64,000 nt of DNA, from positions 15,686,001 through 15,750,000 of the forward strand of contig OZ116698.1 of NCBI GenBank assembly GCA_964199315.1, in the 5' to 3' direction. Every line of letters starts with the position of its first letter. Positions within the stretch are counted from its first letter, which is position 1. The notes below the pieces were generated by a model that saw only the letters and a list, made by a program, of their open reading frames with translations, was not told the origin of the DNA and made no database searches. This DNA is from Orbicella franksi (taxonomy: Eukaryota). The translations under genes were made by a program, and so were the position numbers. This document shows, piece by piece, positions 61,801 through 64,000 of this stretch.

Positions 61801-62135
61801 CTTATCTTATCTCATCTCATCTCATCTCATCTCATCTCATCTCATCTCATCTCAGCTCAGCTCAGCTCAGCTCAGCTCAGCTCAGCGCAGCGCAGCGCNN
61901 NNNNNNNNNNNNNNNNNNNNNNNNNNNNNNNNNNNNNNNNNNNNNNNNNNNNNNNNNNNNNNNNNNNNNNNNNNNNNNNNNNNNNNNNNNNNNNNNNNNN
62001 NNNNNNNNNNNNNNNNNNNNNNNNNNNNNNNNNNNNNNNNNNNNNNNNNNNNNNNNNNNNNNNNNNNNNNNNNNNNNNNNNNNNNNNNNNNNNNNNNNNN
62101 NNNNNNNNNNNTCATGTCATCTCATCTCGTCTTAT
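61801..62135 (+). repeat. Pentamer microsatellite (CTTAT, CTCAT, CTCAG, CGCAG) spanning an assembly gap
   Basis: Ordered blocks of pentamer variants, Ns at 61899-62111, and related pentamers resuming after the gap. Confidence 0.9.
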
Positions 62136-64000
62136 TAGCGTGATACACTCAGTTTTTATCCCCGGAGCCAAGTGGTTTTTTATTTGCCTTGTGATATGAC
62201 CGAGGATAGCAGTTAATTTTCGGGTACGGTCACTTCTCTCTTTTTGGTGCGAAGAACGCTACTGTGAGTGCGTATCTCTTAGAATTACCCCTAGCTCGGT
62301 TCAGCAAATATCATCTGCTGTTATCAAACGGCAAGTTCTCTATCAGTACGTTCAGGCACAGAAAATGAAATAACAATGTAGGGGGAAAAAAAAGAAAGAT
62401 AACAAATCACGACCAAACCATAAGGTTTGTTGAGCGTTGCCAAGGCAACGCATTGATTCCAAGGATAATCAGCTTAGTAGGGCTAACTTAAAGTCACTTT
62501 GTTTAATGTCTTTTTTTATCGTGAAAGTTTGAAAATGCTATGTTGTATTATGGGGAAAAAAACCTGGTAAATGGTACTATTATAAAGTGTGTACAGTATG
62601 TTTTTTAAGGAAAGAATTGTCTTGCTATACAGCTGTAGAGTCCAGGAGTCAAGGAAACAAGGTGTCGCTGAAGTCCTGAGGCCAGTCAGGCGTTCCATGT
62701 ATTGTTCATCTTTGCAAGATTGCAATTTTTTGTCATTTTACCATTGCTACGGTATCAGCAAAAGACCTCAGTAAATTGGAGACAATATAAGGCAATGAAG
62801 TAATTTATTCTGTTATGGGATAAATCAATAAAATGGGATTGATTACTTAATCAATAAAACAGTTTCATCGTTCACATCCTCAAGAACAATAAACAACACA
62901 GTGATCGTTATGGAATTAAGGCAGTCCGTTTGTCTTCGACATAACAAAGCCTTACTCCGAAACTGATGACCTTGTGGAAAGAAGTCGATCGTCATCAGAG
63001 AGTCAAATATCACAAACGTAACGCTTTATTGTGAAGATGAAGCGATTAAACTTAACGTCTAGTTTACAAAACTTTAGGATAGTTTAACTTTGACCTACAA
63101 AAATAATTAAACACGAATCGACTCTCTTCAAAAATTACACAAGGAATTCTTTTACCCGTATCGAGACCTAAATACATCCCTGGAACCTCTCTGCACAATA
63201 AAATTTCTGCCCAAATGTCCGTGAATAAAAAATCAAATACAAAATGAAAAGTTGACAACGTTTACTTATTGACTTTTCCCTAAGCGACAATGTTCATGCA
63301 CTTATGAACTTTCAAAGTGTTGCCATACGAAGTGCAATATCAACATTTATAAAATTTTTTTATTACTTTTGAGTTAAAAAAGTTGGATTCAAACACTAAG
63401 AGTGATATATTGGTAACGTTTATCAGTTTAAATATATTAACGAAATATCTAGTTTTCCAAAAAATACGAAATTCAACAAGAAGCCTAAAGGCTTTCGCGC
63501 GGAATGCTTTGGTCGATGTACTATTAAATGCCATCAACTTTAGATGGCTATCCGCGTAGGAATAAATCCAAACAGAAAAGCTGACATCCATTTTTGCAGT
63601 TGTATTTTCTTTAACAAAAAAGGTAACAGAATGTGGTTCGCGTTCAAATTTGCATACATTTGATAGTGAGAGTATAAGCATTGTCAACATTGTACTGTCA
63701 TTCCTATGTAAAAGAGACACAAAAATGCCTCATTCATTGCAGTACGAGAACGAGATTAAGTACGAGTGCAATGTCCGAATTCAAACCACTGATGTTTCCA
63801 GATCAGAGCTCGCGCTCTTCTTGTTAGTTTTAGCTAGCGATAGTAGCTCGTGGGAGGAGATAGGAATGTGACGTTATAAGGTGAAAGCTGCAAACTAGAA
63901 TTGAAAAGTCGTACCCGTATTCGATCTCGTACTCAAAATTTAAATCAAATATATTTTTTCCTTTCTTTTCTTCTTCCATAACAAAGTTTAAATTTAATTT

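Noticed and set aside
62963-62990. CTGATGA...GAAA hammerhead-like core
   Set aside because: Stem II is at most 1 bp and no stem I or III pairing can be drawn.
63340-63720. 126 aa minus-strand ORF with several N-glycosylation sequons
   Set aside because: No recognisable domain, stops upstream in frame, and no convincing splice partners within the window.
1-64000. CRISPR arrays, rRNA genes or prokaryotic operons
   Set aside because: None seen. The window is spliced animal DNA, and its regular repeats are satellites or MITEs without unique spacers.

Overview
AT-rich, intron-containing animal DNA with 213 Ns at 61899-62111. The repeat content looks like a stony coral or other anthozoan (inference). 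The first 31 kb is gene-dense, and I rebuilt six genes exon by exon from GT-AG sites and phase continuity: the 3' end of FPGS (+), a two-exon DMRT (-), DCTN3 (-) head-to-head with a (6-4) photolyase (+) with only 105 bp between ATGs, and MED22/SURF5 (-) head-to-head with RPL7A/SURF3 (+), as in the mammalian Surfeit locus. The remaining 33 kb is repeat-rich: TTAA-targeting DNA-transposon relics, MITEs, SINEs, a 2.5 kb palindrome made of two inverted Penelope arms, a decayed Gypsy pol, an intact L2/Crack-type ORF2, a second decayed LINE whose tail grades into a pentamer microsatellite, and two low-confidence multi-exon pseudogenes. Main leads: (1) the Surfeit-type MED22-RPL7A pair in a probable cnidarian; (2) a D-box/E'-box module in the tiny DCTN3-photolyase shared promoter; (3) an Arg-to-Cys change at the near-invariant FAD salt-bridge residue of the photolyase; (4) the Penelope palindrome, with a minimal hammerhead-ribozyme variant complete in only one arm. 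No database searches were run; family calls rest on motifs recognised by eye.
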